Positions 51,379 to 62,369 of a DNA stretch of 64,000 nucleotides are shown piece by piece. The translations under genes and the position numbers were made by a program. Numbering within the stretch: the stretch's first letter is position 1; each line of letters starts with the position of its first letter. Origin of the DNA: Euprymna scolopes (Eukaryota); the NCBI GenBank assembly GCA_053919585.1, contig CM132796.1; one strand, written 5' to 3'. The notes below the pieces were generated by a model. The model ran no database searches and had not been told where the DNA came from. It saw only the letters and a list, made by a program, of their open reading frames with translations.

Positions 51379-51485
51379 TACAGTGCCTGGTATTCCAAAG
51401 TAGTCACCCACCTGGTATTAACCAGGTTCAACATTGCTTTACTTCAGTTATCTAACGAGAACCGATGGGTCAATGTGATTATGAC
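51379..51485 (-). pseudogene. 5S rRNA-derived sequence (pseudogene or SINE3 head)
   Basis: tacagtgcctggtattccaaagtagtcacccacctggtattaaccagg...acgagaacc aligns with the reverse complement of eukaryotic 5S rRNA. Confidence 0.8.
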
Positions 51486-51759
51486 GTACATTAAGCTTGT
51501 TTTAGCATAGGTTTCATTATCTTAAGGTATTTCAATGAAAATATCAGGCAAGTCAACTACTACTAATCTTAAGAAAGAAAGAAATGAAGAAAGAAAGAAG
51601 GGAAATTCAATGTTCGCCACTAATCAGTTTCACAACTGACACATATAGAAAGTAATTCAGTTTAAAATCGTTAGTTTGGGGGTTATTTTTCATTTGTCAA
51701 CTAACAAGGTAAATAACCAAAGAATATAAACCTAAGCCTTCATAGAAACTGTGTTTACC

Positions 51760-51918
51760 ACTTAGCCATATGTACTAATACATACCTATAACTTAGCCAT
51801 ATGTACCAATACATACCTATAACTTAGCCATATGTACCAATGCATACCTATAACTTAGCCATATGTACCAATGCATACCTATAACTTAGCCATATGTACC
51901 AATACATACCTATAACTT
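51760..51918. repeat. 31-bp tandem repeat x5 spanning an exon/intron junction
   Basis: acttagccatatgtaccaat(a/g)catacctata x5 + actt; each unit contains ttatag|GTATG on the minus strand. Confidence 0.97.
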
Positions 51919-52107
51919 TAAGGGTACAAGAACAGGATGTTCGGCCAGCAATACTTGATGCTTCGCACGTGTAAACTCCCGCATCTTCAGGAAAGACTTC
52001 AGCAAACACCAGTTTGTATGTTTCACCTTTATTCTCGTAGGAAAACTCATCACAGTCTTCAACTTTCTTCCCATTATGAAACCAAACGACTTCTGGTTTG
52101 GGACAAC
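51910..52107 (-). CDS. unc-22: Twitchin/projectin-like exon (penultimate Ig domain, second part)
   Basis: ttgttgtag acceptor, gtatgt donor, 198 bp, phase 1-1; (G)CPKPEVVWFHNG...AEVFPEDAGVYTCEA...CTLKVI, a canonical I-set domain. Confidence 0.93.
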   Translation of the reverse strand, partial: VVPNQKSFGFIMGRKLKTVMSFPTRIKVKHTNWCLLKSFLKMREFTRAKHQVLLAEHPVLVPLKL

Positions 52108-52669
52108 CTACAACAAAGAAACCAATATAATCAAGGCAACTTAAACAATAATGAGACTTAGACAACTTTCTGACTGGGCATAGTTTTTACATTAGTGTTG
52201 TAGCCTTATTTTCTTTAAATCGAAATTACCACATGTTTATGGTGTATGGAGAAGTAAATAAAATTACATGTTTATGGTGTATGGCGAAGTAAATAAAATT
52301 ACCACATGTTCATGGCGCATAAACAAGGAAATTAAATTCAATATATATTCAATAATATTTTTAAGGTAAAATAACAAATTCATTATCAAGCATTTGATGG
52401 ATTACTGAAACGTAATAATATCTCATGTTATCATGCCTTTTTCAAAGACCACATTTCATAGCCTCAATTCAGTTTCAAGAGACAAGGAATAGTTCTAGTA
52501 AGGGTGGCTGCATATGTAATTGTGAAACAAGAATAGTGCAATCTCCAACCGCATCATTCCTAAGTCAACACTAGGGATTTTAGTAGCAAGGAAATTTTAG
52601 TACTAATCAGACTTAAAGTCAATTAACTTCGATGATCTAATAGGAATCGGTGTGTCTATGTGAGTATGA

Positions 52670-52727
<58 letters not shown>

Positions 52728-53896
52728 TATATATGAATAAAAAATTAAAAAAATCAATACGAAAAATATATAAATGTTTATATCTTTTCTGTATGTATTT
52801 CCTGTGNNNNNNNNNNNNNNNNNNNNNNNNNNNNNNNNNNNNNNNNNNNNNNNNNNNNNNNNNNNNNNNNNNNNNNNNNNNNNNNNNNNNNNNNNNNNNN
52901 NNNNNNNNNNNNNNNNNNNNNNNNNNNNNNNNNNNNNNNNNNNNNNNNNNNNNNNNNNNNNNNNNNNNNNNNNNNNNNNNNNAAATTCCAGATAAGTGTT
53001 ACATATTTATGATTATTTCTATGGAAGAAGAACAAATACAAAAAGATGAAAAAGTGTATTCATCTCTATTTTAGGAATGATTACGGCTTTTTTATTATAT
53101 ATATTTTATTTGATAACTCCCGAGTAGGATTAAGTATTTTCAGAAAGGAGTCATCTCAAATTATATTTCATTATTCTCAATATGATCATGCCATTACCCA
53201 GAAATGATTATTAATTATTGATTTTATAGCTTCAGCATTATGGTCGATGACAAATTCTGAGAAATAGTAACTTTTTATAACAAGGATTCGGCAATTTTGA
53301 TCTACGACCGTATTTTTAGGATGACTTCTATTGAACTTATCTTCTGTTTTACACAAGGTTCGGCCTAAGGCATGTACCAATGAGATTTTTTATTGCCAAA
53401 TGGTAACGAAAAGTAAAAGACATTTAAAATCCATAAATATTCTCAAATATTCTAAGTCCAATAGTTATAATATGTTGATATGGAATCTCACAGATGCATA
53501 GAACTTTAGAAACATTAATATGGTAATATTGTCAAATTTAATATGATTTTCAATTTTTATAAAAGGATTCGGCAATTTTGATCTTCACAGGTATTCTTAT
53601 GCAGTTAGAGATATATTTAGTGACTTATATACAAAACAAACATCAACAGACGGCCGTTTACCAATCTTTGGGTAAAATGGATAGTAGCGTTGAAAAAAGA
53701 GAATCACTCTTTCTTTAAATACTCACAAAGACATTATTATAAGAGTCTTTAAATCAACATAGTAATAGAGGGATGAGAGAAATCCCAAATAGCAGCACCG
53801 ATATCCAAGTGGCAATATGACAAGTTTGAAGTGAAAAAAAGTTTTAAAGAAAGTAAAAAAAAAAAAATAGCTGTTATGTTATCACATTTACTTTAC

Positions 53897-54013
53897 CTGA
53901 TATCTCACAACTCAAAGTGAGTGGATCTCCATCTTTCACTATTAAACCTTGCAATGGACTGATAATGCAAGGTGGATCACCGACTTTTTTCTCCACCGTT
54001 GGTTTATCAATCA
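53897..54013 (-). CDS. unc-22: Twitchin/projectin-like exon (linker + start of penultimate Ig; not in ORF track)
   Basis: tttttcag acceptor, gtaaag donor, 117 bp, phase 1-1; (V)IDKPTVEKKVGDPPCIISPLQGLIVKDGDPLTLSCEIS joins both flanking exons in frame. Confidence 0.9.
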
Positions 54014-54648
54014 CTGAAAAAGTAACAGATTACAGAATTAGGATAAGGAAATATTTGAATGTTTCACGCTCTCATATTTTTATTGCCATCAAAATCCGTA
54101 AAATCGCCCATTTTTTTCCAATCAAATTGATTTGCTCTAGTTGTGGACAATAGGGTGCGCCGGGAAGAATCTTTATATGCTACCCCGCAGTGACTTAGTC
54201 TACAATGCATTGTAGTACACATTGCACTGTAGAGATCATGCTGTTCATTTTATAAACATGTTTTTTATATATAATGGTTTGAACCTATGCTTGGCTTCAT
54301 CTATAATGGCTTGAACCTACTATTGATTTTATATTTGTGGTCTTTTACCTTGTCTTGTAATAAAACTTCTCAAATGCACTTGTGATATTAGGCTGTGTAA
54401 GGTGTTAACTTTGGTAAACATCACCCATTCTTTCTTTTATTGGATTATTTCGAGTATCGATCCTTTTGGAGACATTCCAGTACCAAACCTATCTAAGAAT
54501 GTTGTATTGTCGAGGGTTCTGTATGACATGGAGGGGCGCATATATTACTTACGTGTCTAACTCATTTAATTTCTAGTGGTATAAAAATTATACCAACAGA
54601 TACAGTTTAACAATAAACATGTAACAACAAATAATAGTATTCTGGTGT

Positions 54649-54908
54649 TGTAACATTGGGCCAATCGGAGAAACATATCTGCTCCGTCCCTGATCTTGTT
54701 TTACGGATTCTCAGGAACAGCTGCAAAGAAGATTCATCCCAATGAATCAATAAATCTCGGCTTATCTTTCCAGCAACTTTTATTTCCGATGTTTCCCCAT
54801 TGGAAAGTTGCCGCTGTTCCTACACTAACACAATCTGATCCCCACTATTGAAAGCCATCACTGTCCAACTCGATCCGCTCTCCCACTCCTGACTCTTGAC
54901 TGCGTCTG

Positions 54909-54940
<32 letters not shown>

Positions 54941-55153
54941 TCAAATCATCGTATATTTTCACAAAACTCTACCTAAAGTCCACATGCCTTTATAATGATC
55001 TCTAGATAAGAGTCATCAGACTCTAGAGGTCAATCTATTTTAATTATTGTATATATTCTACATTCTGTAATTTATTAAACATCCGTACATAAAGAATTTT
55101 CTCTGTAAATAATTATTTTGCTATGATAACATTCTATTTTTACAAATATTACA
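54649..55153. repeat. Possible solo LTR
   Basis: TGTAACATT...AATATTACA inverted ends, internal (CT)n and AT-rich end; TSD not exact. Confidence 0.4.
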
Positions 55154-55199
55154 ATGATCATAACAATCGTCAACTAGCTTATCTTGACGTTTCCCTACT

Positions 55200-55475
55200 A
55201 TATGGTCCTGGATATAACCTTAAACTATATCCGATGGTGAGGCCCCAGCTTGCGGGCTTTGGGGAGTGTGGAGCCACCCTTTAATTGCCATTCTGACCCG
55301 GAGTGGTAGTACCTGTTAGGGTGCCAACTATGGATTAAATAGAAACCGACTTGCAAAAAAAAAATCAAATATATTCTATTTTAAAAAAATTCTTCAAAAT
55401 CACCGGATTCGGCATTAAATAACCTGGAAAGGATTGATATGCCGTAAAACAAAAACAACAAACCAACCAACCCTA
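55200..55475 (+). mobile_element. SINE body and tail fragment
   Basis: gatggtgaggccccag...ggagtggtagtacctgttaggg core and ggcattaaataacc...gatatgccgtaaaac(aacc)n tail; tail recurs inverted at ~55930-56000. Confidence 0.65.
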
Positions 55476-56149
55476 CTATATCTAATATTATTCCGTTTCC
55501 GGGTCCATAAGGAACGAACTTACAGAGACACAAAGTTCTTTTTATATAATAGTAGGGATCAGAATACATATGAGGATGTGTGGTGTGGTCCTTTGTAGGA
55601 CAATTTGGGACGACGATAGTGTCTTTGAGTACGGCAAATAACCGCACCGACCGACATTTAATATATATTGGGTATATATTGCTACGAAATTAGCAAATTT
55701 GTCTTGAAACCTATATATATATATATTTATTAAAACAAATCTTCCGTTTTTACTTCATTTTCACGAAATCAAACCCGAAGATCTTTATTTCTTGTTTATT
55801 TTTAATTGAATTTATATCAGCTCTCTCCATTTTTTAAGTTCATTACTTTGATATTCTTATTTTACCGTTTTATTTTGCACTCTCTTTTTTACATAGGTTA
55901 TCTACAATTTTATTTTACATATGTATTTTGATTTGGTTTGGTTTGATTTGGTTTTACGGCATATCAATCCTTTTCGGGTTATTTAATGCCAAATCCAGTT
56001 ATTTTGGAAATAGTATTCATGTTGAATCAAGTTATTTTGTAGAAGGTTTTTATTCTTCAAGCTCTTTGTATCTTCAATCGCTAGTTTGAAGTGTTTGGTT
56101 TGGTTGTTTTATAGTGGATTTTATCGTTTTGGTTCCCTACCCTGCAGAA

Positions 56150-56481
56150 TCCGTCTAGCAGAAAACACTATCACTAATTTCCCCCACTCTTTATCTGTGC
56201 ATAAACCTAAATGTAGATTCCATGAACAAAGTTTCTTTCTTAGAACTGCACGCCTGTGGATTATCTTCCGTTTTCCCGCTTTCCAGTTGACTACAATATG
56301 GTTGTCTTCAAGTCTAACGTAAGCAAGTTTCTGATGAACAGTTCCATATAAGTTAGCAAATTTACCGAATTTCCATTATTAACGATTACTATATTGTCCA
56401 ATTTCTACTGTACACTCTTTAACCCTTATCCTCGAGTGACCTCTTGGCCTTGATAAGTGGTGATGCCTATGTAAAAAAAAA
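56150..56481 (+). mobile_element. LINE family 1 3' fragment
   Basis: Closely similar to 26330-26657 including poly(A). Confidence 0.88.
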
Positions 56482-56869
56482 TTAAATAAATAAAGATGAA
56501 TGAGATCTGCAATGAGAGAGGGAAAAGGGTTACAATATTGACGTTTGGTACATTTTAAGTAAGGAAACCAGGCAAGAAGTGGGAGATATAGAAAGAGAAA
56601 GGGGAAACAGGAAGAAGGAAAGGAATGGAAAAGGTGAGTTGCTTTTGGTTTTGGTTTTGCAGAAAATAATTAAGTTTTACAAAAGGAAGTAGAAAAACAA
56701 AAGGGTGTATTTCATCTCAATATTCATATAATTGGAACACCATACCATTATCTATACATCTTATATATGAACGGCATAACATTATCTATATATCTTATTA
56801 TCAAAGATGTATATATCAGCAATTATAATGCATAACTATATAGAAATTTGAATTTCACTTAGTGACTTT

Positions 56870-56995
56870 AGTTAATGATGCAATGTATAAAAAGTCTAAC
56901 AGTCTATGAAGTAATCAGGTTTCGATTTCAGCTTCAAGTAGTTGCAAATCTAACCACACCGAACTGTTGTGATACAGTGAAACAGTCTGACTATA
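56870..56995 (+). mobile_element. tRNA-SINE/hammerhead family A, decayed copy
   Basis: ggtttcgattt B-box remnant, then tctaaccaca-CCGAACT-gttgtgatacagt-GAAA-cagtctga-ctata followed by (TA)n. Confidence 0.65.
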
Positions 56996-57003
56996 TTTAT
57001 ATA

Positions 57004-57043
<40 letters not shown>

Positions 57044-58261
57044 GCGTGTTTGAATATATACGAGTCTATAAATATATTGGATTTTTATTGTATAATATTA
57101 TATAATTATTTTCATAATCAGACACAACTCTGCAGTCCACACAAACTATTAAAACCATAGGCAAGAAGCCCTAAACTCGAGTTTCACTCTCCTTTGCATG
57201 TATAAGTAGGAACTCAGTACTTGAAATCCAAATCCGGAGTTCGGATGTGTCTTATAGGGTCCTATTCTATAGGGATTCAGGAGTGTAGCTGTCATAAATT
57301 GTGTGAAGTCTGATTGTAAAAATAATTATGTACAAGGTAATTAATTTTATGAATTAATCATTTACATACGCTCCAAGAATTCAATATAATTTTGTGTACA
57401 ATCGTTTCTGAGAGGATATGAGATTTTTTTTAAATATCAGATCTCCCCAGCAGCACAGGGAATTGACACTAAGTTCAAAGTTAAACTACAGCATCATGAC
57501 CAGTGTGTAGCTATTTAACAGTTATATAGCAAATCAAGAGGTAGAAATAGGATTACTATAAAATAACAACGACCCAAGATTTCTTTTAATACTGGTAAAC
57601 TTTTTCAGCCTCTCTTTTTGCCAGAATTAAGAAGATAGTTTATAAATATCTTTTAGAGAATTTTACCAAAAAATAAAAGTATGAGAAAAAATTTATTCTA
57701 TAAATTTTATTTATTTTTAAGCTTCAAGTTACCTGAACCTCTAAATATCATTAAGAACTGTCGACCAAAATACACAAAAACGTTTTCCAAAAATGACGAA
57801 AAGAAATGTTCTATTTTCAGAAGTCATAAATTTATACTAGAATGATTGATCATCAGCTCAGAGCTTCATGGTTTCTTTTTCCAACCACATACGCTTGGCT
57901 TAGACCTTCTTTTTTTTTAAATTGAAAAAAGTTATTTCTCAAGAGGGTTGGCCAATTTCATGACTTTTTTTCAATCTATTTCAAAGAAGCCATTATGGTT
58001 TTAGCAAAACAAATAGTGTGTAACTTATGCATCAGCAAATTTCCGAATGAATTCTTTTTTTTTTTTAAGTTCCGTTGTTACGCATAGAGTGTGTGGAAAA
58101 TGTATGCTAAATTTTATCCATAAAAAAAATTGGTTCTTAAAATAAAAACATGTCCATTTTGTTAAGATCTTGGAGTTTGAAGGTCGTTTCTTTGTTCCCT
58201 CAAAAACATTACATTAACCCTTCAAATATCAGTTCGAAAAGTTATTTGATGTGTTAATATA

Positions 58262-58752
58262 GTAGCAGACCGGCTGGCGTTGCCCCGACGTAAAATATAC
58301 TTAAATGTTATATTTTGATTTATTTCGTATTTATTATTATAAAGCCAATTATCTATCAATTACTATATTGTACTTAATAAATAGTAATGATTTCAAAAGT
58401 TTAAAAAACAATATGGCTTGCGTGTCATGCAGCTAGAATCGAAACCAAAAGACACATGGATATGAAAACTCTAAACATGAACGCAGTTATACTTATAAAT
58501 GTATATGTATGCATGCATGGAGGATACACATTAAATTAACTAATGTCTACAAAGTTCCAATTTTTTTCAATTCGGATTCGTTGAAGCTACTTTTACTGGC
58601 TAAAAACCAAATCGAATTTGTTCCTCCCGTTCAAAAAACTCCATCTATCAAGTTACACGTCTGTAGACTAACGATTGAGTAGTTTGTTAAAGATCTTTCT
58701 GCGCACACACATACAAACACATAGACATGGTCACTTTTATATATATCATAGA
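58262..58752 (-). mobile_element. Non-autonomous Helitron-like element
   Basis: gtagcagaccggctggcgttgcccc (decayed terminus) to acttttatatatatcataga. Confidence 0.55.
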
Positions 58753-59415
58753 TGGATTGAATTCAACAAGCAAATCACGTGGTAATACAAAAAGAACTTG
58801 AATGAAAATATTATTACTACATATGTATTTAAATTATTTTGATTAAATATAAAAANNNNNNNNNNNNNNNNNNNNNNNNNNNNNNNNNNNNNNNNNNNNN
58901 NNNNNNNNNNNNNNNNNNNNNNNNNNNNNNNNNNNNNNNNNNNNNNNNNNNNNNNNNNNNNNNNNNNNNNNNNNNNNNNNNNNNNAAATACATACAGACA
59001 CGCCTGGCTCAGCAAAATGGCTATCTTCTGTCTCGATACTCACAACAAACACCACAATATATGGATAGGTTCATCATTTCGTGACACTATCCACTGGCAC
59101 GGTTATCCCTTATCTTTCTGCTTAATAGATGATGTTACTCTTAAGTAGTGCTATATACTGTTAATGATAATTCTCATCTGTGTTTTTATTGATGCTATCT
59201 CGAAAAGATGATGCTATTCAGTGTCTATGGGGACAAACTAGTGAGCAAGTTTTGTAGTATATAGCACACAGCATTCACCCCAGACAGGAAGAAGTATCAA
59301 GAGAACATTCATCACAATCGGTCCCCAGTCGCTTGTATATCCCAATCAGTGGGGATGACGACATTAAGTTTTTGCAGTTCTCATAGTTCTCATGAAGTGT
59401 TGAGATCCTTCAATA

Positions 59416-59499
59416 TACAGCACCTGATATTTCCAAATGGTCACCCACCTGGTACTGACCAGGGTCAAGGTTGTTTAACTTCAGTGATTTAACGAGAAC
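59416..59499 (-). pseudogene. 5S rRNA-derived sequence (second copy)
   Basis: tacagcacctgatatttccaaatggtcacccacctggtactgaccaggg...acgagaac; shares the non-5S variant cacccacctgg with the 51379 copy. Confidence 0.8.
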
Positions 59500-60103
59500 A
59501 ACTTCACTATGCTGTATATTCTATGTAAGAGAAATACTACATTTGAAATATTATAACTCCTTATCTTATAGGATTTCGATGTCTACCATCTCTTCAGAGG
59601 AGAAAATATTATCAAATAGTTATAATGGTTTACACATGACATGAGAAATCACAATTAAAAGTTGTTTAAGTATTTCAATATCGTATAGTAAAGGAAGTTA
59701 ATGTAAAGCATATAAAAATTCACATTCAAATTGTATTGTAAAATCCGAAGCGAATGTCTTTGATAGCAGCGTGGTAAATTGATCCAAACTATATTTTGAG
59801 TAATCCACATCACAAGTTAATAGTCCGAAGTAGGCATTTTCCTGAAGCAATTTTCTATGTTTATATAATGAGTCCGATAATTTTTTATGGGTCCGGTGGA
59901 TCTGTTTATTAATAAACATATATTTTAATATATTTAATATTTTTATAATTATAGAACATGAGCTTCAAATTCCACTCCAAAATAATTTCCAATTGTTAAT
60001 AAAATTAAATAAAACCGTTTTCAGTAGACAGGCTACGCAAATTAAAAGAAACTGAACTGATATGAAAAATGAAAAGATTATTGTTAGATAATTTTATTCT
60101 TAA

Positions 60104-60145
<42 letters not shown>

Positions 60146-60149
<4 letters not shown>

Positions 60150-60290
60150 ATCCACATACAGTACTGTTTCGCTGTTTCACAGCTCATCAGTGCGGCTAGA
60201 CAGGCAACTACCTCAAGCAAGGATCGAAACCCGACCGTTTGTACGGCAGTCAAGGCTCCTAACCATTACGCTATTGGCGGCTGCTTGAAC
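60146..60290 (-). mobile_element. tRNA-derived SINE-like element with 3' hammerhead (family A, best copy)
   Basis: A box tagcgtaatgg (60273-60263), B box ggtttcgatcc (60231-60221), hammerhead 60195-60152; (TA)n on both sides. Confidence 0.85.
60152..60195 (-). ncRNA. Minimal type I hammerhead ribozyme, intact core
   Basis: ccgca-CTGATGA-gctgt gaa acagc-GAAA-cagtactg-TA-tgtgg: 5-bp stem I, 5-bp stem II, palindromic stem III (ACAGUACUGU), GUA triplet. Confidence 0.9.
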
Positions 60291-60332
60291 GAGTAGTGAG
60301 TTTAACGATGTTTTGATATCGTCTGATATATA

Positions 60333-60385
<53 letters not shown>

Positions 60386-60773
60386 GATTTCAAGGTTACG
60401 AGGGTATTTTGAAGCATGAAAACGATGTTTTTGTATATTTATATTTTATTTTTTGTATTTCAAGCGGTCTTCCGTTATGGTCAAAAAAGTATTTAAATGA
60501 AAATGAAAGACGTTGAAAAAAACTGAAAACTGGTATTTTCGTCAGCGTTCATTCCTTCCAACAATATTCGAAAGAGTTCACCTGAATTATTTTTGCCGTT
60601 TGTGGAAGAAGAACGTTGTATTTTTTATTCTTTTTTTTTTTTTCATTTTTGCAACGCATTAGCGTTTGTTTCAAACGGCAAAAAAAATTGATTTCAATAT
60701 AAAAATTTAATGCTTCAAAAGCCCTCATAATCATTGAAATCACTATTTTAGAAACGTACGCGGACTTTTAACA

Positions 60774-60846
<73 letters not shown>

Positions 60847-60954
60847 ATATTCCCTCTGCTTCACTTTTTTTGTTTTCAAGTAAGATCTTTGACTTACTTG
60901 TTGTTTCATCAAATACTTTTGCATGCAAAATCCGATCCCGCATTTTGCTAATTC

Positions 60955-61006
60955 CTACCCGCTGATGAGAAGGAAAGTATTTCTTCGAAACTCCGCGGAT
61001 TAAGGA
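60955..61006 (+). ncRNA. Degenerate hammerhead motif (unrelated family)
   Basis: CTGATGA-gaaggaa agta tttcttc-GAAA-c tccgcgga tta; stem II is good and stem III is palindromic with one mismatch, but stem I is poor. Confidence 0.55.
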
Positions 61007-61315
61007 CTATCCACTTATCTAGTGTTTCCTTTTCAGATTAAATATGTTTTTAACTCATTTCAAAGTGTTCTTTAACATGTTTATTNNNNNNNNNNNNNNN
61101 NNNNNNNNNNNNNNNNNNNNNNNNNNNNNNNNNNNNNNNNNNNNNNNNNNNNNNNNNNNNNNNNNNNNNNNNNNNNNNNNNNNNNNNNNNNNNNNNNNNN
61201 NNNNNNNNNNNNNNNNNNNNNNNNNNNNNNNNNNNNNNNNNNNNNNNNNNNNNNNNNNNNNNNNNNNNNNNNNNNNNNNNNNNNNNNNNNNNNNNNNNNN
61301 NNNNTGTCACATTAC

Positions 61316-61469
61316 CTCTAACATGAACAGTAGCAGTTGTTGTTTCTGAACCTGCCGAGTTCTTTGCGGTGCAAATATATTCGCCACCATCACTTGGCAG
61401 AAGATCACGGAGTTGGAGGGTGCATAATCCATTCACAAATGTCTGTGAAGCTACACTGTCTTTGATTAT
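61316..61469 (-). CDS. unc-22: Twitchin/projectin-like exon (second half of an I-set Ig domain; gene continues beyond window)
   Basis: ttattctacag acceptor, gtaatg donor, 154 bp, phase 0-1; IIKDSVASQTFVNGLCTLQLRDLLPSDGGEYICTAKNSAGSETTTATVHVR. Confidence 0.9.
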
Positions 61470-61744
61470 CTGTAGAATAAAAATTAAAAGACTGAATAAA
61501 AGGATAGGAGCAAAATTCACCCGCTAAAATAAGGAAAATTATTCCAATTTTTTCAGATGTCACTACATAATTTATGCATATGCTTATCAGTTTTAGAGGG
61601 AGAAATAAACATTGCCAATATATAATTTAAAGTCAGACACAAAACATCTTAGAGTTAAAAAAAAAAAAAAAAAGCACATGTTTTTGTTCTACACAACCTT
61701 TCCGGAATTATAAAATTCAAGTAAATTGTATCATTTGCATTTTT

Positions 61745-62340
61745 CAGACTAGTATTCTCATCTTCAGTATTATTCACAAAACATTTCGGCCGATGAAACA
61801 TCCGATCTTCTTTAGTTGTATCTTGTCGAATGGGAAAATCCTGTACAGATACCCGATTTCAACAAGGTACACCTGAAGGTTGGAGCTTACATCGCCTAAA
61901 CGTTGTGCAAATAACACTCAAGAAGAGAACCGTAGTTCGAATAATGCAAGTAACCCAAATTATCAATCCTCATCTCAATAATTCTGAAACATGAAATTAA
62001 AATATTATTTGGATTAATCAGACTACTGTTCTCATTTTGGCTGTTATTTAACATAGTTTTGGTCGATGTAACCTTCAACCTTCCTCGGGTGTATCTTGTC
62101 AAACACGGGATTTTTTTGTTGTTGAACTCCGAAATCTGCACCAAATTTCGAACGAAACCCTTTCTTTTATCTGCGGGAGTAGCATACTCTTGTGCAGTCA
62201 GCTAGGACTGGGTAGAAGTTCTAAGTAATTCGCAATTGTATTTTGAGTATCGCTTGCATTGAGGATTGAACCTTTAACCTCCAGAAGACTGCCATTTCCA
62301 ACTAAATTTTAGCTAATACTTTATCCACTACAACACAGAT
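61745..62340. mobile_element. Cluster of family B tRNA-SINE/Penelope-pLTR-like pieces with three decayed hammerheads
   Basis: 62340-62030(-): A box-like gttgtagtgg, B box ggttcaatcc, body, CCGAGGAAggttg..atcgacc-AAAAC. Further hammerhead-like copies at 61820-61776(-) and 61870-61908(+). Confidence 0.6.
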
Positions 62341-62369
62341 CTTTGTGGATAAAATTAAAATATTTTCAA

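Noticed and set aside
51070-51510. Three overlapping ORFs and a CRISPR-like look of the 23-bp repeat
   Set aside because: Units are contiguous with no unique spacers and there are no cas genes in this eukaryotic context. The ORFs arise only because the unit lacks stops.
57165-57225. Half hammerhead on the minus strand (GAAA-ctcgag-TTT with palindromic stem III)
   Set aside because: No CUGANGA core or stem II at a usable distance.
60215-60281. Functional tRNA-Gly gene
   Set aside because: Acceptor and anticodon stems do not pair; treated as a SINE head.
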